Source: Clostridiales bacterium UBA1740 (lineage in GTDB: Bacteria; Bacillota; Clostridia; Oscillospirales; CAG-272). Taken from it: a DNA stretch of 48,178 nt. Shown piece after piece: positions 25,061 through 36,304 of this stretch. The notes under the pieces are model-generated. The model was not told where the DNA came from and ran no database searches. It worked only from the letters and a program-made list of their open reading frames with translations. The stretch's first letter is position 1. The number at the start of each line of letters is the position of its first letter. The stretch lies in contig DCHY01000029.1 in NCBI GenBank assembly GCA_002315715.1, forward strand, positions 1 through 48,178, read 5' to 3'. A program made the translations under genes and the position numbers.

Positions 25061-26572
25061 ATGAATACTTACGAAAAGAACCGAACCGAGACAGTCAACG
25101 CGGCGGAATGCGCTGCGGACTACGTTTTAGCGGACTATGAAGGGGATATCAAAAAGATTTTGTCGGCAAGCGCCAAGGCGGTGCCGTCGGGACACTTTAC
25201 CGACGGTAACCGAGAACGTTTCGGCGGCATCGTCACTTTTGACGTGCTGTACGTCGATGCGGACGGCAAACTGACGTCTTTGCATACGACCAAGGATTAC
25301 GAAATCGGCGTTTACGCCGACGAAGAAAAAACGAAGGATGCAAAGGCGCTTGTGACGGTAAGTGCCGTCAACGCCCGCCCATCCGGCCCCCGCAAACTGA
25401 ATTTGCGCGCCAATCTGTGTTTGACGGCAGACATTCTCGAAGAAGACGTTTTGCCGTTTTCCCCGGACGGCGAGTATGAAGCTTTGACGGCGAGCGTGCC
25501 CGTGAGGGAAGTCAAAACGCTCGAAACCGCAGAGCGTGAATACGCCGAGAAAAGCGATCCTCTGCCGAATCTGTCCGGCGGTGAAGTGCTCATAGCAGGC
25601 GGTGACGTATTTGCCGAGCGCGCCGAGAAAACGGCGGACGGTGTCAGAGTGTCGGGGAAAATCTATCTTTTTGCTTTGCTCCGTGCCGAGGACGGAACCC
25701 TTTTTGACGTCAAAAAAACCGTTCCCTTTGATGAACTGTTGCGCCAAAAAGAAATTCCCGACGACGCCGACGTTTTCGCCGACGGGATCGTGACCTCCGT
25801 CAGCGCCACGCCCATGACGGAAGAGGAAGAAAACTATTTGAGTTTTTCCTGCCTATGCGAATATAGAACTTCAATCGAGAAAAACGCGGAAATTCCCGTG
25901 ACGCTCGACCTTTATCACGGTGAGTATGAAACCGCCCTGACGTTTTCGGAATTCCGCGGCGAGAAACTGCTTTTTGCCGAAAACGGCAGCGTGAGTGCTT
26001 CCGGGCAGGCGAAGATTCCCGAAGAATGCTTCGGCACATCCGAGATCCTCTATTCATCCGCCACGGCAAAAATCAAAGAAACCGAGTGGCGCGAAAACGG
26101 TTTTGCCGTCAAGGGCGACGTGACGGTCAACTACGTCGGCACCCAAACCGACAAAGAGGGCAAACCCACCTATTGCCACGGCAAAGTGAATGTGCCGTTT
26201 GAAAAAACTTACGGAAAAATCCAAAACGGTGAAAACAAAAAGGTCGACGCTGTGTGCTACGCGTATCGGAGCGAAGTAAAAATCGACGGGGAAAAGATTG
26301 CGGCAAACGCCCTCGTTGCCTTGTCCGTCCGCGTGACGGAACCTACCGCCTGCCAAGTCGTGACTTCCGCGGAAATGGAAAAAGATACGCCCGTCCTACA
26401 CGACAAAAATCGACTGACGGTCTATTTCCCCGAAAAAGGAGAGACGGTTTACTCGATCGCCAAAGTCTTTCACGTGCCCGCCGATGCCATCGCCAAGAAC
26501 AACGCGCTTGTTCAAGCGGCATCCACGGCAGACGAAACGCCCTTGCCAAAACGGTTGTTGATCAAAGAATAA
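25061..26572 (+). CDS. SPOCS (DUF3794) repeat spore-coat protein with C-terminal LysM (SipL-like)
   Basis: Three beta-rich repeats (DIKKIL...G.VTFDVLY; ...SGKIYLFAL; ...KGDVTVNYV) and LysM VYFPEKGETVYSIAKVFHV...IAKNN. Confidence 0.75.
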   Translation: MNTYEKNRTETVNAAECAADYVLADYEGDIKKILSASAKAVPSGHFTDGNRERFGGIVTFDVLYVDADGKLTSLHTTKDYEIGVYADEEKTKDAKALVTVSAVNARPSGPRKLNLRANLCLTADILEEDVLPFSPDGEYEALTASVPVREVKTLETAEREYAEKSDPLPNLSGGEVLIAGGDVFAERAEKTADGVRVSGKIYLFALLRAEDGTLFDVKKTVPFDELLRQKEIPDDADVFADGIVTSVSATPMTEEEENYLSFSCLCEYRTSIEKNAEIPVTLDLYHGEYETALTFSEFRGEKLLFAENGSVSASGQAKIPEECFGTSEILYSSATAKIKETEWRENGFAVKGDVTVNYVGTQTDKEGKPTYCHGKVNVPFEKTYGKIQNGENKKVDAVCYAYRSEVKIDGEKIAANALVALSVRVTEPTACQVVTSAEMEKDTPVLHDKNRLTVYFPEKGETVYSIAKVFHVPADAIAKNNALVQAASTADETPLPKRLLIKE

Positions 26573-26611
26573 AAAAGACCGCAACGCTTTTGCGTTGCGG
26601 CTTTCCTTTTT
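26572..26611. terminator. Terminator after the SPOCS gene, possibly bidirectional with polA
   Basis: CCGCAACGC-TTTT-GCGTTGCGG, with an A-run before and a T-rich tail after. Confidence 0.75.
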
Positions 26612-26667
26612 CAAAAATGTAAACAATTGTTATAAATTTAAGATAATTTGCCTATTAAACGGAAAAA

Positions 26668-29244
26668 TCAAGCCTGCTCCAACCAGTTTTTGCCCGACGT
26701 GGCATCCACCGTCAAAGGAATGGAAAGTTTGACTGCATTTTCCATTTCTTCTTTTACGAGAGCCATCGCCCGTTTTGCGTCATCGGTTTTGACTTCGACG
26801 AGAAGTTCGTCGTGCACCTGCATGACGATTCGTGCCGAAGGCAAGTCGCGCTTCAGACGGTTATAAACGGCAATCATGGCTTTTTTCATGACGTCGGCGG
26901 CAGCCCCTTGAATCGGCGCGTTCATGGCGACGCGCTTTCCGAATGCGCGCAGTGCCGCGTTCTGCCCTTTCAGTTCGGGAATATAACGGCGCCGACCGAG
27001 CGGAGTTTTGGTATAACCCGTTTCCTTTGCCTCTTCCACAACCTTTTCAAGATACGCATCGACGAAGGGATAATTGTGAAGGTAGTTTTTGATATAGTGC
27101 GAAGCGTCGGTCACCGACGTGCCGATATCTTTGGCAAGGGAAAAACCGCTGATGCCGTAGACGATGCCGAAATTGACGGCTTTCGCGCGTTTGCGCATAT
27201 CCTCCGTGACTTCCTCTTCCGGCACGCCGAAGACGGCGGCAGCCGTGCTTCTGTGTATATCGCGCTCCTCAAGGAAGGCTTCTTTCATGTTGTAATCGTC
27301 GGAAATATGAGCGAGAAGACGCAACTCAATCTGCGAATAATCGGCATCCACGAGGGTGTATCCCTCTTCCGCAACGAAATAGCGGCGCATTTCGCGTCCC
27401 ATTTTGGTACGAATCGGGATGTTTTGAAGATTGGGATCCGCACTCGAAAGGCGCCCCGTTGCCGTCTGCGCCTGCTTAAAGTCGGTGTGCACGCGGTGTT
27501 TGCCGTCGGCAACCTCCACGAGGGCTTTGGCGTATGTGGTTTCGAGTTTCTTCACCTGTCGATATTCGAGAATATCCTCGACGATAGGGGCGGCGTAGCG
27601 CAATTCCTCTAACGTTTCGGCATCGGTGGAATACCCCGTTTTGCCTTTCTTTTTCGAGGCGGATAATCCCATTTTTTCAAAGAGGACTTCGCCGAGTTGC
27701 TTCGGGGAATTGATGTTGAATTCTTCTCCTGCCTGCATATAAATACGGGAGGTCAAATCGTTTGCCAAATCGGAGAGCGCATCGCCGAACTCTCTCATGC
27801 CTGCCACGTCGATTTTAAGTCCTACGTGTTCCATATGCACGAGAATCGGCAATAGCGGCAATTCGAGTTCGTCCAAAACGGCAAGTTCGCCGTCGCTTTG
27901 AATACGTTCACGCAGGACGTTTTCGAGGACAAACATCGAAAGGGGAAGCGCGGTTTCTCCCTCTAAATAGGTGTCGCAAAGTGCCGAAAGAGTAGGAGCT
28001 TTTCTGCCGGGGTCCAAGACGTAGGCGTAAAGCGCCAAATCCAAAATGCGGACGGAGTCAATATCCACGCCCCGTTCCAAACAGGCGTGGAGCATCTTTT
28101 TGCCGTCGTGCACGATGAATTCTTTTTCGGGGGTGAAAAGCGAGAAGAAAAGCGCGGAATCCGAGGCAAACCGACGGGTTTCCACCCCGTCGCAAACGAG
28201 GTATTCACCCTCTGAAGAAAAAACGGAAAAACGTCGGCACGACGCTTTTTTGTTAACGAAATCTTCATCGGCTTCGGCAAACGATTCGCACGTTGATTCG
28301 TCGGTTGTTTGAGATTTTTTGGAGCTTGCTTCGGTGTCTGATTTCGGTACGGGCGCGGCAACACTTGCTTCCGCTTTGGGAGCGGAAAGACCGAATTTGC
28401 TAATAAAACTTTGCAATTCAAGGGATTTTAACTTGAAATACAACCCTTCTTTATCCATTCCGTCATAGCGAAGGTCGGAGAGTTCTTTGCCGAGCGGCAT
28501 ATGGGTGACGATGGTGGCAAGTTCCTTCGACAGATACGCGGAATCGCGCCCTGCGAGCAACTTTTCGCGCACGCCTTTTTTAATGGATTCGTCGTTGATA
28601 TTTTCATAAACGCCGTCAAGTGAACCGAAGGCGGCAATCAAACTGCCGGCGGTTTTTTCTCCGATTCCGGGGACGCCCGGGATGTTATCGGATGAGTCAC
28701 CCATCAAGGCTTTCATATCCACAAACGCCGTGGGTTCCACCCCGTATTTGGCAAAGAATTCGTCACGATGCATCTCGAGGGTGTCGGCGTTGGTGGCAAG
28801 CAAAACCGTGACTTTGTCGTCGATGAGCTGTAAAAGGTCGCGGTCGCCCGAAAGCACGTAACTGACGGTATCGACGGTGTCGTGTGCCATTTTGGCTATC
28901 GTTCCCTGAATATCGTCCGCCTCGTAGCCGGGACGTTCGAGAACGTGCAGCCCCATCAGTTTTAAGACTTCTTTGGCGTCGTCAAACTGTGCTAACAAAT
29001 CTTCCGGCGTCGGGTGACGACCGGCTTTATAAGCATCGTACATCTTGTGGCGGAAGGTCGGCTGATGCACGTCGAATGCCACGGCTGCATAGTCGGGTTT
29101 GATTTTTTCGAGTTGCCTTCCGATAATACTGAGCATACCGAAAATCGCGTTCGTAGGTTTTCCGTCCTTCGTGGACAAAGGACGGACACCGTAGAACGCG
29201 CGATTGATGATACTGTTACCGTCAATGACTAAGATTTTCTTCAT
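26668..29244 (-). CDS. polA: DNA polymerase I
   Basis: 5' nuclease motifs (DGNSIINRAF, YEADD, GDSSDNIPGV), TATGRLSS, DYSQIELR, KAVNFGIVYG, QVHDEL. Confidence 0.97.
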   Translation of the reverse strand: MKKILVIDGNSIINRAFYGVRPLSTKDGKPTNAIFGMLSIIGRQLEKIKPDYAAVAFDVHQPTFRHKMYDAYKAGRHPTPEDLLAQFDDAKEVLKLMGLHVLERPGYEADDIQGTIAKMAHDTVDTVSYVLSGDRDLLQLIDDKVTVLLATNADTLEMHRDEFFAKYGVEPTAFVDMKALMGDSSDNIPGVPGIGEKTAGSLIAAFGSLDGVYENINDESIKKGVREKLLAGRDSAYLSKELATIVTHMPLGKELSDLRYDGMDKEGLYFKLKSLELQSFISKFGLSAPKAEASVAAPVPKSDTEASSKKSQTTDESTCESFAEADEDFVNKKASCRRFSVFSSEGEYLVCDGVETRRFASDSALFFSLFTPEKEFIVHDGKKMLHACLERGVDIDSVRILDLALYAYVLDPGRKAPTLSALCDTYLEGETALPLSMFVLENVLRERIQSDGELAVLDELELPLLPILVHMEHVGLKIDVAGMREFGDALSDLANDLTSRIYMQAGEEFNINSPKQLGEVLFEKMGLSASKKKGKTGYSTDAETLEELRYAAPIVEDILEYRQVKKLETTYAKALVEVADGKHRVHTDFKQAQTATGRLSSADPNLQNIPIRTKMGREMRRYFVAEEGYTLVDADYSQIELRLLAHISDDYNMKEAFLEERDIHRSTAAAVFGVPEEEVTEDMRKRAKAVNFGIVYGISGFSLAKDIGTSVTDASHYIKNYLHNYPFVDAYLEKVVEEAKETGYTKTPLGRRRYIPELKGQNAALRAFGKRVAMNAPIQGAAADVMKKAMIAVYNRLKRDLPSARIVMQVHDELLVEVKTDDAKRAMALVKEEMENAVKLSIPLTVDATSGKNWLEQA

Positions 29245-30092
29245 GCATTTTCCTCCGCGGAGGAACCTTCGCCGTCGAATGCGCCAAGGGGTTCGGCGGT
29301 TTCCGCCTTAACCCGTACGAGCGTAAAGAAAGCATAGACGGCAAGGGCGAAGAAGAGATACGGCGTTGCCGCGCATTCCGAAAGAACCGTCAAACGAATG
29401 GCGGAAAACAGAAGGGCGGGAATCGATACGTAGAGAGAAAGAAATACGATGGCGTACGAGCAAGCCGGGAAAAAGCGGTATTGCATTCTGCCGATATCTA
29501 CCCGCGCCAAGCAGAGAAGATATACCGAAGCCCCGAGAAAAGCAAACTCCTCGATGATCTTTTCGTCGGCGTTGAGGGGGAATCTTTGTTCGAGATACAG
29601 ATAAACGGGATACAGGCAAAGTGCAATGGAACCGATCAAAACCGCCGGTGCCAAGAGCCACTGTCCGAACGAAAAATGGGAAACGGCAAAAAGAATAAGG
29701 AAGATAAACATCAAAACCGCAACGGCGATACGAAGCGCGGCGGTAAGCGGTTTGGCGGATGCCGTTGCGTCCAAAAGGAGGGATAAAGGAAAGACGAAAG
29801 CCCCGATGCCGAGAATCACCGAGAAGATCGGCGTCTTGCCGTCCGGGACGAAAAACGCCAAAGAATGCGGCACGCTTTTATCTCGTTTCTTGAAGAAAAC
29901 GGGGATAAACAGCACCAAGATGGAGAGGGTGATCAACAGCACCGACCAGTCGTGGGCCGTGTTAAGAAAATAGCCAAAGCGCGAATAATCGCGCAAAACG
30001 GCGACGATTCGCAGTATCAAAGCGGCAATAAACAGTCCGCCCGACAGGCAAAAATAACAGTTTTTCTTCAAAAAATCTTGAAACGTCTTCAT
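29241..30092 (-). CDS. Hypothetical polytopic membrane protein
   Basis: 283 aa with about 8 hydrophobic segments. Its stop overlaps the polA ATG (ATGA); AAGGA RBS. Confidence 0.75.
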   Translation of the reverse strand: MKTFQDFLKKNCYFCLSGGLFIAALILRIVAVLRDYSRFGYFLNTAHDWSVLLITLSILVLFIPVFFKKRDKSVPHSLAFFVPDGKTPIFSVILGIGAFVFPLSLLLDATASAKPLTAALRIAVAVLMFIFLILFAVSHFSFGQWLLAPAVLIGSIALCLYPVYLYLEQRFPLNADEKIIEEFAFLGASVYLLCLARVDIGRMQYRFFPACSYAIVFLSLYVSIPALLFSAIRLTVLSECAATPYLFFALAVYAFFTLVRVKAETAEPLGAFDGEGSSAEENA

Positions 30093-30345
30093 CGGTTTTC
30101 TTCCTTAATATAATATACGCGTATCGGCGGTCGTGAAAAACGCGACGGAACCCGACACGTCGAATTTTGGGTTTCTTTGAGCAAAAAACGGAAAATCCAA
30201 GGTATTACCTATATGATAACAAAAAAAAGAGACAATTTCACCCGCTTTACGAAAAAAAATAATCTTTGTGCAACTTCACCAAAAACGAAGCATAAATTTC
30301 GTGAATATTTTTTCTAAAAGCCGTTTATTTTTTTGCGGAAAGACC

Positions 30346-30374
30346 TTGATTTTTAACTTTTTTTCTTATATAAT
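30346..30374 (+). promoter_or_regulatory. SigmaA promoter of the S10 operon
   Basis: TTGATT-17-TATAAT. Confidence 0.7.
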
Positions 30375-30379
30375 AATAA

Positions 30380-30628
30380 AGCTTGATATGCGATGAAGCG
30401 GGAGGTTGCTGCTTTTGCAGGGAATTTCCGTGGAGTATGTCCGATATTTAACCGGGCGAACCAAGAGTTTAGCCGAAAGGCAAATCGTGTGTAGGACGGT
30501 TCAAAAGCCGCTGCGGATGGCTTTCTGAACTGCTTTTATTGGGGTGTATTTGATACGCCCGGCACGGTGTGAAACCTATCGCCCTCCTAAAAACGGTTCG
30601 AGCAGAAATTTTGAAGGAGGATACCCAA
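30380..30628 (+). ncRNA. Long structured rpsJ 5' leader (S10-type ribosomal protein leader)
   Basis: About 250 nt between promoter and rpsJ. Begins GCGATGAAGCGGGAGGTTGC, which I recall from Firmicute S10 leaders, and holds several hairpins (GCCGAAAGGC; GTTCAAAAGCC...GGCTTTCTGAAC). Confidence 0.6.
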
Positions 30629-30931
30629 ATGGCAAAAATCAGAGTAAGACTCAAGAGCTACGATTCCACGATCATCGACGCCGCAGCACAGAAGGTTGTT
30701 GAAGTAGCAAAGAGAAACGGAAGCAAGGTCAGCGGTCCGATTCCGCTTCCGACCGACAAAGAGATCGTTACGATCCTTCGTGCGGTTCACAAGTACAAGG
30801 ACAGCCGTGAGCAGTTTGAAATGCGCACGCACAAGAGACTGATTGACATCCTGGACCCCGCACAGAAGACGGTAGAAGCGCTTATGTCTATCGAACTTCC
30901 CGCAGGTGTTGAGATCGAAATCAAGGCTTAA
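30629..30931 (+). CDS. rpsJ: 30S ribosomal protein S10
   Basis: [31 protein letters not shown]; AAGGAGG RBS. Confidence 0.98.
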   Translation: MAKIRVRLKSYDSTIIDAAAQKVVEVAKRNGSKVSGPIPLPTDKEIVTILRAVHKYKDSREQFEMRTHKRLIDILDPAQKTVEALMSIELPAGVEIEIKA

Positions 30932-31056
30932 TGTGAGCCGAAAGGCAAAACCTCGGGAAACTTCAATTCCCACACCACGGCCTCGTGGTCAAGTTGGCGC
31001 GTCCGCTTAAGCGAAAATTCAACCGTGTCAACCAATAACCGAATGGAGGAAACAAC

Positions 31057-31689
31057 ATGAAAAAAGGTATTATCGGCAAGAAGCTGGGTATGACCCAGAT
31101 TTTTGACGAAAAAGGCAACGTGATACCCGTGACTCTGATTGAAGCAGGTCCTTGCGTGGTAGCACAAAAGAAAACCGTGGCAACTGACGGTTACGATGCA
31201 ATTCAGCTTGCATTTGAAGATGCAAAAGAAAAGCACCTTAACAAAGCAGAACTCGGTCATTTCAAGAAGAGCGGCATCGCTCCCAAAAAACATCTCAAAG
31301 AGTTCCGTCTTGATGACATCAGCGCGTTCGAGACCGGTTCGGTAGTAACCGTCGATACCTTCGCCGCAGGCGAGAAGGTCGACATCACCGGTATTACCAA
31401 AGGTCGCGGCTTCAGCGGTTGTATCAAGAGATGGGGACATCACCACTTGAGAATGACTCACGGTACCGGTCCCATTCACCGTCAGTGCGGCTCTATGGGC
31501 GCAAACTCCACGCCTTCTCGCGTTTACAAGAACAAGAAGATGGCTGGTCAGTACGGTAACGAGCAGGTAACCATCCTGAATCTCGTCGCTGTCAAAATTG
31601 ATTCCGAAAAAAATCTGATCGCGGTCAAAGGCGCTGTTCCCGGTTCTAAGGGCGGCATCGTCTTCGTTCGTGATTCTGTGAAAGCATAA
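31057..31689 (+). CDS. rplC: 50S ribosomal protein L3
   Basis: [23 protein letters not shown]. Confidence 0.98.
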   Translation: MKKGIIGKKLGMTQIFDEKGNVIPVTLIEAGPCVVAQKKTVATDGYDAIQLAFEDAKEKHLNKAELGHFKKSGIAPKKHLKEFRLDDISAFETGSVVTVDTFAAGEKVDITGITKGRGFSGCIKRWGHHHLRMTHGTGPIHRQCGSMGANSTPSRVYKNKKMAGQYGNEQVTILNLVAVKIDSEKNLIAVKGAVPGSKGGIVFVRDSVKA

Positions 31690-31707
31690 TGAGAGGAGGA
31701 ACACGAA

Positions 31708-32364
31708 ATGGCTAAGAAGAAAACAGAAGCGGTTTCCGCTCTCAATATCACGGTAACGGATATGGCCGGCAAAGAAGTCGGTACTCTTACTCTTTCCGAA
31801 GCTCTCTTCGGCGCAGAAGTTAAGGAATCCGTTCTCCACACGGCAGTCAGAGCATTTTTGCTCAACCAAAGACAGGGTACTCAGTCCACCCTTACCCGTA
31901 CGGAAGTATCCGGCGGCGGCAAGAAACCCTGGAAGCAGAAGGGCACCGGTCACGCAAGACAGGGCAGCACCCGTTCTCCTCAGTGGACACACGGCGGCGT
32001 AGCGCTCGGTCCTAAGCCCCGTAGCTATCGCGTTACATTAAATAAGAAGGTTAAGAGAGTCGCTCTTGCCTCCGCTCTTTCCGCGAAAGTATCCGCAACC
32101 GAACTCAAGGTTGTTGACGCTATCGTGATGAACGAGTACAAAACCAAAACGATCCTCGGCATGCTCGAAGCTGTCGGTGCCGCAAAGAAAACCCTTATCG
32201 TACTTCCCGAAGTCAACGATTTCGTTATCCGCAGCGCTGCCAACATCGAAGGCGTAAAGACGACTCAGTGGAACAGCTTGAACGTTTATGACATTCTTAA
32301 CTGCGACACCATCGTATTCGCACAGGATGCCGTCAAAAAAGTTGAGGAGGTATATGCAAGATGA
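31708..32364 (+). CDS. rplD: 50S ribosomal protein L4
   Basis: RQGT, GGGKKPWKQKGTGHARQGS. Confidence 0.98.
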   Translation: MAKKKTEAVSALNITVTDMAGKEVGTLTLSEALFGAEVKESVLHTAVRAFLLNQRQGTQSTLTRTEVSGGGKKPWKQKGTGHARQGSTRSPQWTHGGVALGPKPRSYRVTLNKKVKRVALASALSAKVSATELKVVDAIVMNEYKTKTILGMLEAVGAAKKTLIVLPEVNDFVIRSAANIEGVKTTQWNSLNVYDILNCDTIVFAQDAVKKVEEVYAR

Positions 32365-32657
32365 AATCTTATGCAGATATCATTGTAAGACCTCTGATCA
32401 CGGAAAAAAGCATGGACTCCGTTCCTGCAAAGCGTTATAGCTTTGAAGTAGCGAAAGACGCAACCAAAGCCGACATCGCCGCTGCCGTTGAGACCATGTT
32501 CAAAAAAGCCAAGGTCGCCAAGGTCAATGTTATTAATATGAAGAAGAAGCCGAAGAGATACGGCGTTCACGCCGGTTACACGGGCGAGTGGAAGAAAGCG
32601 GTCGTTACGCTTACCGAAGATTCCGCTCCCATCGCCTTCTTTGACAGCATGAACTGA
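32361..32657 (+). CDS. rplW: 50S ribosomal protein L23
   Basis: [16 protein letters not shown]. Confidence 0.97.
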   Translation: MKSYADIIVRPLITEKSMDSVPAKRYSFEVAKDATKADIAAAVETMFKKAKVAKVNVINMKKKPKRYGVHAGYTGEWKKAVVTLTEDSAPIAFFDSMN

Positions 32658-32674
32658 GGCAGGAGGTAAAGCAA

Positions 32675-33505
32675 ATGGCAACAATGAAATATAAGCCGAC
32701 AACCCCTTCTCGCAGAAACATGACCGCTCCCTCTTTCGAGGAAGTAACCAAGTTTTCTCCCGAGAAGAGCTTGATCGTCAAGAAGAAAAAGAATGCCGGT
32801 AGAAACAGCTACGGCAAAATCACCGTTCGTCATCAGGGCGGCGGTAACAAACAGAAGTACAGACTTATCGACTTCAAAAGACAGGCTGAAGAAACCGCAA
32901 AGGTTATCGGCGTGGAATATGACCCGAACCGTACTTCCTATATCGCACTTCTCGAGAACAACGAAGGCAAGAAGAGCTACATCTTGGCTCCTGTCGGCTT
33001 GACCGACGGCGACGTGGTTGAAACCGGCGCAAACGCCGATATCAAACCCGGTAACGTTCTTCCCCTTTCCGCTATTCCCGTAGGTACTATCATCCACAAT
33101 ATCGAGATTTATCCCGGTAAAGGTGCACAGCTCGTTCGCTCCGCCGGTGCGTTTGCACAGTTGATGGCAAAAGAGAACGGCACGGCACAGATCCGTCTTC
33201 CCTCCGGCGAAGTACGTATCATCCGTTTGGACTGCAAGGCTACGATCGGTCAGGTCGGCAACCTTGAGCACGAAACCGTTAAACTCGGTAAAGCAGGTAA
33301 AACCCGTCACCTCGGCATTCGTCCTACCGTTCGCGGTTCCGTCATGAACCCCTGCGATCACCCTCACGGTGGTGGTGAAGGTAAGGCTCCCGTAGGCCAT
33401 CCCGGCCCCGTAACGCCTTGGGGTAAACCCGCTCTCGGCTATAAGACGAGAAACAAGAAGGCAAGAACCAACAAGTTCATTGTTAAGCGCAGAAACGCTA
33501 AATAA
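32675..33505 (+). CDS. rplB: 50S ribosomal protein L2
   Basis: [28 protein letters not shown]. Confidence 0.98.
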   Translation: MATMKYKPTTPSRRNMTAPSFEEVTKFSPEKSLIVKKKKNAGRNSYGKITVRHQGGGNKQKYRLIDFKRQAEETAKVIGVEYDPNRTSYIALLENNEGKKSYILAPVGLTDGDVVETGANADIKPGNVLPLSAIPVGTIIHNIEIYPGKGAQLVRSAGAFAQLMAKENGTAQIRLPSGEVRIIRLDCKATIGQVGNLEHETVKLGKAGKTRHLGIRPTVRGSVMNPCDHPHGGGEGKAPVGHPGPVTPWGKPALGYKTRNKKARTNKFIVKRRNAK

Positions 33506-33527
33506 TTTGTGAGGAAGGAGAAACATC

Positions 33528-33809
33528 ATGAGCAGAAGCTTGAAGAAAGCGCCCTATGTTGAAAAGAAACTTTTCGACCGTATCGTCGCAATGAATGAGA
33601 AAAATGAGAAGAAGATGCTGAAGACCTGGTCTCGTTCCTCCACCATTTTCCCTGACTTTGTCGGACACACCATCGCCGTTTACGACGGTAGAAAACACGT
33701 GCCGGTATATGTCACCGAAGATATGGTCGGACACAAACTCGGCGAATTCGCACTTACCCGTACCTTTAAAGGTCACGCGGGTTCTAAAACTTCGAACAAC
33801 GGAAACTAA
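33528..33809 (+). CDS. rpsS: 30S ribosomal protein S19
   Basis: [16 protein letters not shown]. Confidence 0.98.
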   Translation: MSRSLKKAPYVEKKLFDRIVAMNEKNEKKMLKTWSRSSTIFPDFVGHTIAVYDGRKHVPVYVTEDMVGHKLGEFALTRTFKGHAGSKTSNNGN

Positions 33810-33850
33810 TAAACGGAAATCGCAATATAGCGAGAGGAGGCTATTCCTAA

Positions 33851-34192
33851 ATGGAAGCAAAAGCACATCTTAAATATGTGAGAATTTCTCCGCGTAAAAT
33901 TAAGATCGTACTTGACCTTATCAGAGGCAAGAATACCGATATGGCTATGGCTATTTTGAAGAATACCAACAAGATTGCCAGCGAGCCCTTGATCAAACTT
34001 CTTAAAAGCGCGGTAGCAAATGCCGAACATAACTTTAACATGGATGCAAGTAATCTCTATGTTTCTGAATGCTTCGTATGCCCCGGCCCGACCTTGAAGA
34101 GAATTCAACCCAGAGCACAGGGAAGAGCATTTCAGATTTTGAAGAGAACCAGCCATGTAACATTGGTAGTAAAAGAGAAGGAGGCAGTCTGA
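33851..34192 (+). CDS. rplV: 50S ribosomal protein L22
   Basis: [22 protein letters not shown]. Confidence 0.98.
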   Translation: MEAKAHLKYVRISPRKIKIVLDLIRGKNTDMAMAILKNTNKIASEPLIKLLKSAVANAEHNFNMDASNLYVSECFVCPGPTLKRIQPRAQGRAFQILKRTSHVTLVVKEKEAV

Positions 34193-34193
34193 C

Positions 34194-34961
34194 ATGGGAC
34201 AGAAGGTAAATCCGCACGGTCTTCGCGTAGGCGTAATCAAGAACTGGGATTCCCGTTGGTTCGTGGAAGACAAGAACTTCGGCGATAATATTGTTTCTGA
34301 CTACAAAATCAGAAAATATGTCAAAGAAAAACTGCAGGGCGCCGGCATTCCCAAGATTGAAATCGAACGTGATGCTGCCCGTGTCAGAGTGTTTATTCAG
34401 TGCGCAAAACCCGGTGTTGTCATCGGTTTCCACGGCGCTGAAATTGAAAAATTGAGAACGGAACTTGAGGCTATGACCGGCCGCCCCGTTGTGGTCAACG
34501 TCATCGAAATCAAGAATCCCGACCTCAATGCACAGCTCGTTGCTGAGTCCATCGCGTCTCAGCTCGAAAAGAGAGTTTCTTTCCGCCGCGCTATGAAATT
34601 GGCTATCGGCAGAACCATGAGACTCGGCGCTAAGGGTATCAAGGTATCCTGCGGCGGCCGTCTCGGCGGTGCTGAAATCGCACGTACCGAGCATTATCAT
34701 GAGGGTACGATTCCCCTTCAGACTTTGAGAGCCGATATCGACTACGGTGTTTGGGAAGCCAATACCACCTACGGTAAAGTCGGTGTTAAAGTTTGGATCT
34801 ACAAAGGCGAAGTCCTTTCCGACAATGCGGAAGCCGCAAACGGCGACCGTCAGGAAAGACGCCCGAGAAGAAACGACGCTAACCGTCGTCCGCAGAACAG
34901 AGATGCTCGCGGTGGCGAACGCCGTCCCTTCAAGAAAAACGCAGAGGAGGGCAGACGATAA
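34194..34961 (+). CDS. rpsC: 30S ribosomal protein S3 (with Arg-rich C-terminal tail)
   Basis: [36 protein letters not shown]. Confidence 0.98.
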   Translation: MGQKVNPHGLRVGVIKNWDSRWFVEDKNFGDNIVSDYKIRKYVKEKLQGAGIPKIEIERDAARVRVFIQCAKPGVVIGFHGAEIEKLRTELEAMTGRPVVVNVIEIKNPDLNAQLVAESIASQLEKRVSFRRAMKLAIGRTMRLGAKGIKVSCGGRLGGAEIARTEHYHEGTIPLQTLRADIDYGVWEANTTYGKVGVKVWIYKGEVLSDNAEAANGDRQERRPRRNDANRRPQNRDARGGERRPFKKNAEEGRR

Positions 34962-35392
34962 TGTTAATGCCGAAGAGAGTCAAATACAGACGCGTACAGC
35001 GCGGTCGTCTCAAGGGTAAAGCCCTTCGCGGCAACACCGTCTCCGACGGTTCTTACGGACTTGTCGCTCTCGAGCCGGCTTGGATCACTTCCAACCAGAT
35101 CGAGGCTGCCCGTATCGCCATGACCAGATACGTAAAACGTGGTGGTCGTGTATGGATTAAGATTTTCCCTGATAAACCGATTACGGAAAAACCTGCTGAA
35201 ACTCGTATGGGTTCCGGTAAAGGTTCTCCCGAGTACTGGGTAGCCGTTGTTAAACCCGGACGCGTTATGTTCGAGATGGACGGCATTCCCGAGGACCAGG
35301 CGAAAGAAGCTATGCGTCTTGCCAGCCACAAACTTCCTATTAAGTGTAAGTTTGTGACCAAACAGGACTTTGAAACCAACGAGGAGGCTTAA
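34961..35392 (+). CDS. rplP: 50S ribosomal protein L16
   Basis: [23 protein letters not shown]. Confidence 0.98.
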   Translation: MLMPKRVKYRRVQRGRLKGKALRGNTVSDGSYGLVALEPAWITSNQIEAARIAMTRYVKRGGRVWIKIFPDKPITEKPAETRMGSGKGSPEYWVAVVKPGRVMFEMDGIPEDQAKEAMRLASHKLPIKCKFVTKQDFETNEEA

Positions 35393-35395
35393 GCA

Positions 35396-35584
35396 ATGAA
35401 GGCAAATGAACTCAGAGAAATGACCGCCGACCAGCTCAATAGCAAGCTCGGCGAACTCAAAGAACAGCTCTTCAATCTCCGTTTCCAGCTTGCAATCAAC
35501 CAGCTTGACAATCCTCACAAGATCACAGACGTAAAACGCGACATCGCTCGCATTATGACCGTCCTCTGTGAGAAGAATGCCTGA
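35396..35584 (+). CDS. rpmC: 50S ribosomal protein L29
   Basis: [16 protein letters not shown]. Confidence 0.97.
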   Translation: MKANELREMTADQLNSKLGELKEQLFNLRFQLAINQLDNPHKITDVKRDIARIMTVLCEKNA

Positions 35585-35598
35585 GGGAGGAAACGAAA

Positions 35599-35859
35599 AT
35601 GGAAGAAATCCGCGAACTCAGAAAAATGAGAACCGGTATTGTTGTCAGTGACAAAATGGACAAAACCTGCGTTGTTGCCATTAAGGACAACGTTCGTCAC
35701 GCAAAATACGGTAAAATCATCAAAAGAACCGTGAAACTTCACGTACATGATGAAAACAATGAATGCCATATCGGCGATACCGTCTCCGTTATGGAAACAA
35801 GACCGCTTTCCAAAACCAAGAGATGGCGTCTTGTTGAAATCGTAGAGAAGGCTAAATAA
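35599..35859 (+). CDS. rpsQ: 30S ribosomal protein S17
   Basis: [20 protein letters not shown]. Confidence 0.98.
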   Translation: MEEIRELRKMRTGIVVSDKMDKTCVVAIKDNVRHAKYGKIIKRTVKLHVHDENNECHIGDTVSVMETRPLSKTKRWRLVEIVEKAK

Positions 35860-35918
35860 TTCAAGTCACTAAAACCAGTAGGCAGGTTAAAGGCTTGCCG
35901 AAATAGGAGGAAAAAACA

Positions 35919-36287
35919 GTGATTCAGCAGCAATCGTTAATGAGAGTTGCCGACAACACCGGTGCCAAGGAACTTATGTGCATCCGTGTTCTCGGTGGTT
36001 CCGGACGTCGCTATGCCGGTATCGGTGATATCGTGGTTTGTGCCGTTAAAAAGGCAGCACCCGGCGGCGTTGTTAAAAAAGGCGACGTTGTGAAAGCCGT
36101 TGTTGTCAGAACGGTAAAAGAAACGCGCCGTGCAGATGGTTCTTACATCAAATTCGATGAGAACGCTGCCGTTATTATTAAAGATGATAAAACCCCCCGT
36201 GGCACCCGTATCTTTGGCCCGGTAGCCAGAGAACTCCGTGAACATGATTTCACGAAAATCATGTCCTTGGCGCCCGAAGTACTTTGA
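35919..36287 (+). CDS. rplN: 50S ribosomal protein L14
   Basis: [27 protein letters not shown]; GTG start. Confidence 0.98.
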   Translation: MIQQQSLMRVADNTGAKELMCIRVLGGSGRRYAGIGDIVVCAVKKAAPGGVVKKGDVVKAVVVRTVKETRRADGSYIKFDENAAVIIKDDKTPRGTRIFGPVARELREHDFTKIMSLAPEVL

Positions 36288-36304
36288 GTTAGGAGGACAA
36301 CAAA

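Noticed and set aside
30460-30500. c-di-GMP-I riboswitch suggested by the GCCGAAAGGC hairpin
   Set aside because: The rest of the GEMM architecture is not evident, and the context fits a ribosomal protein leader.
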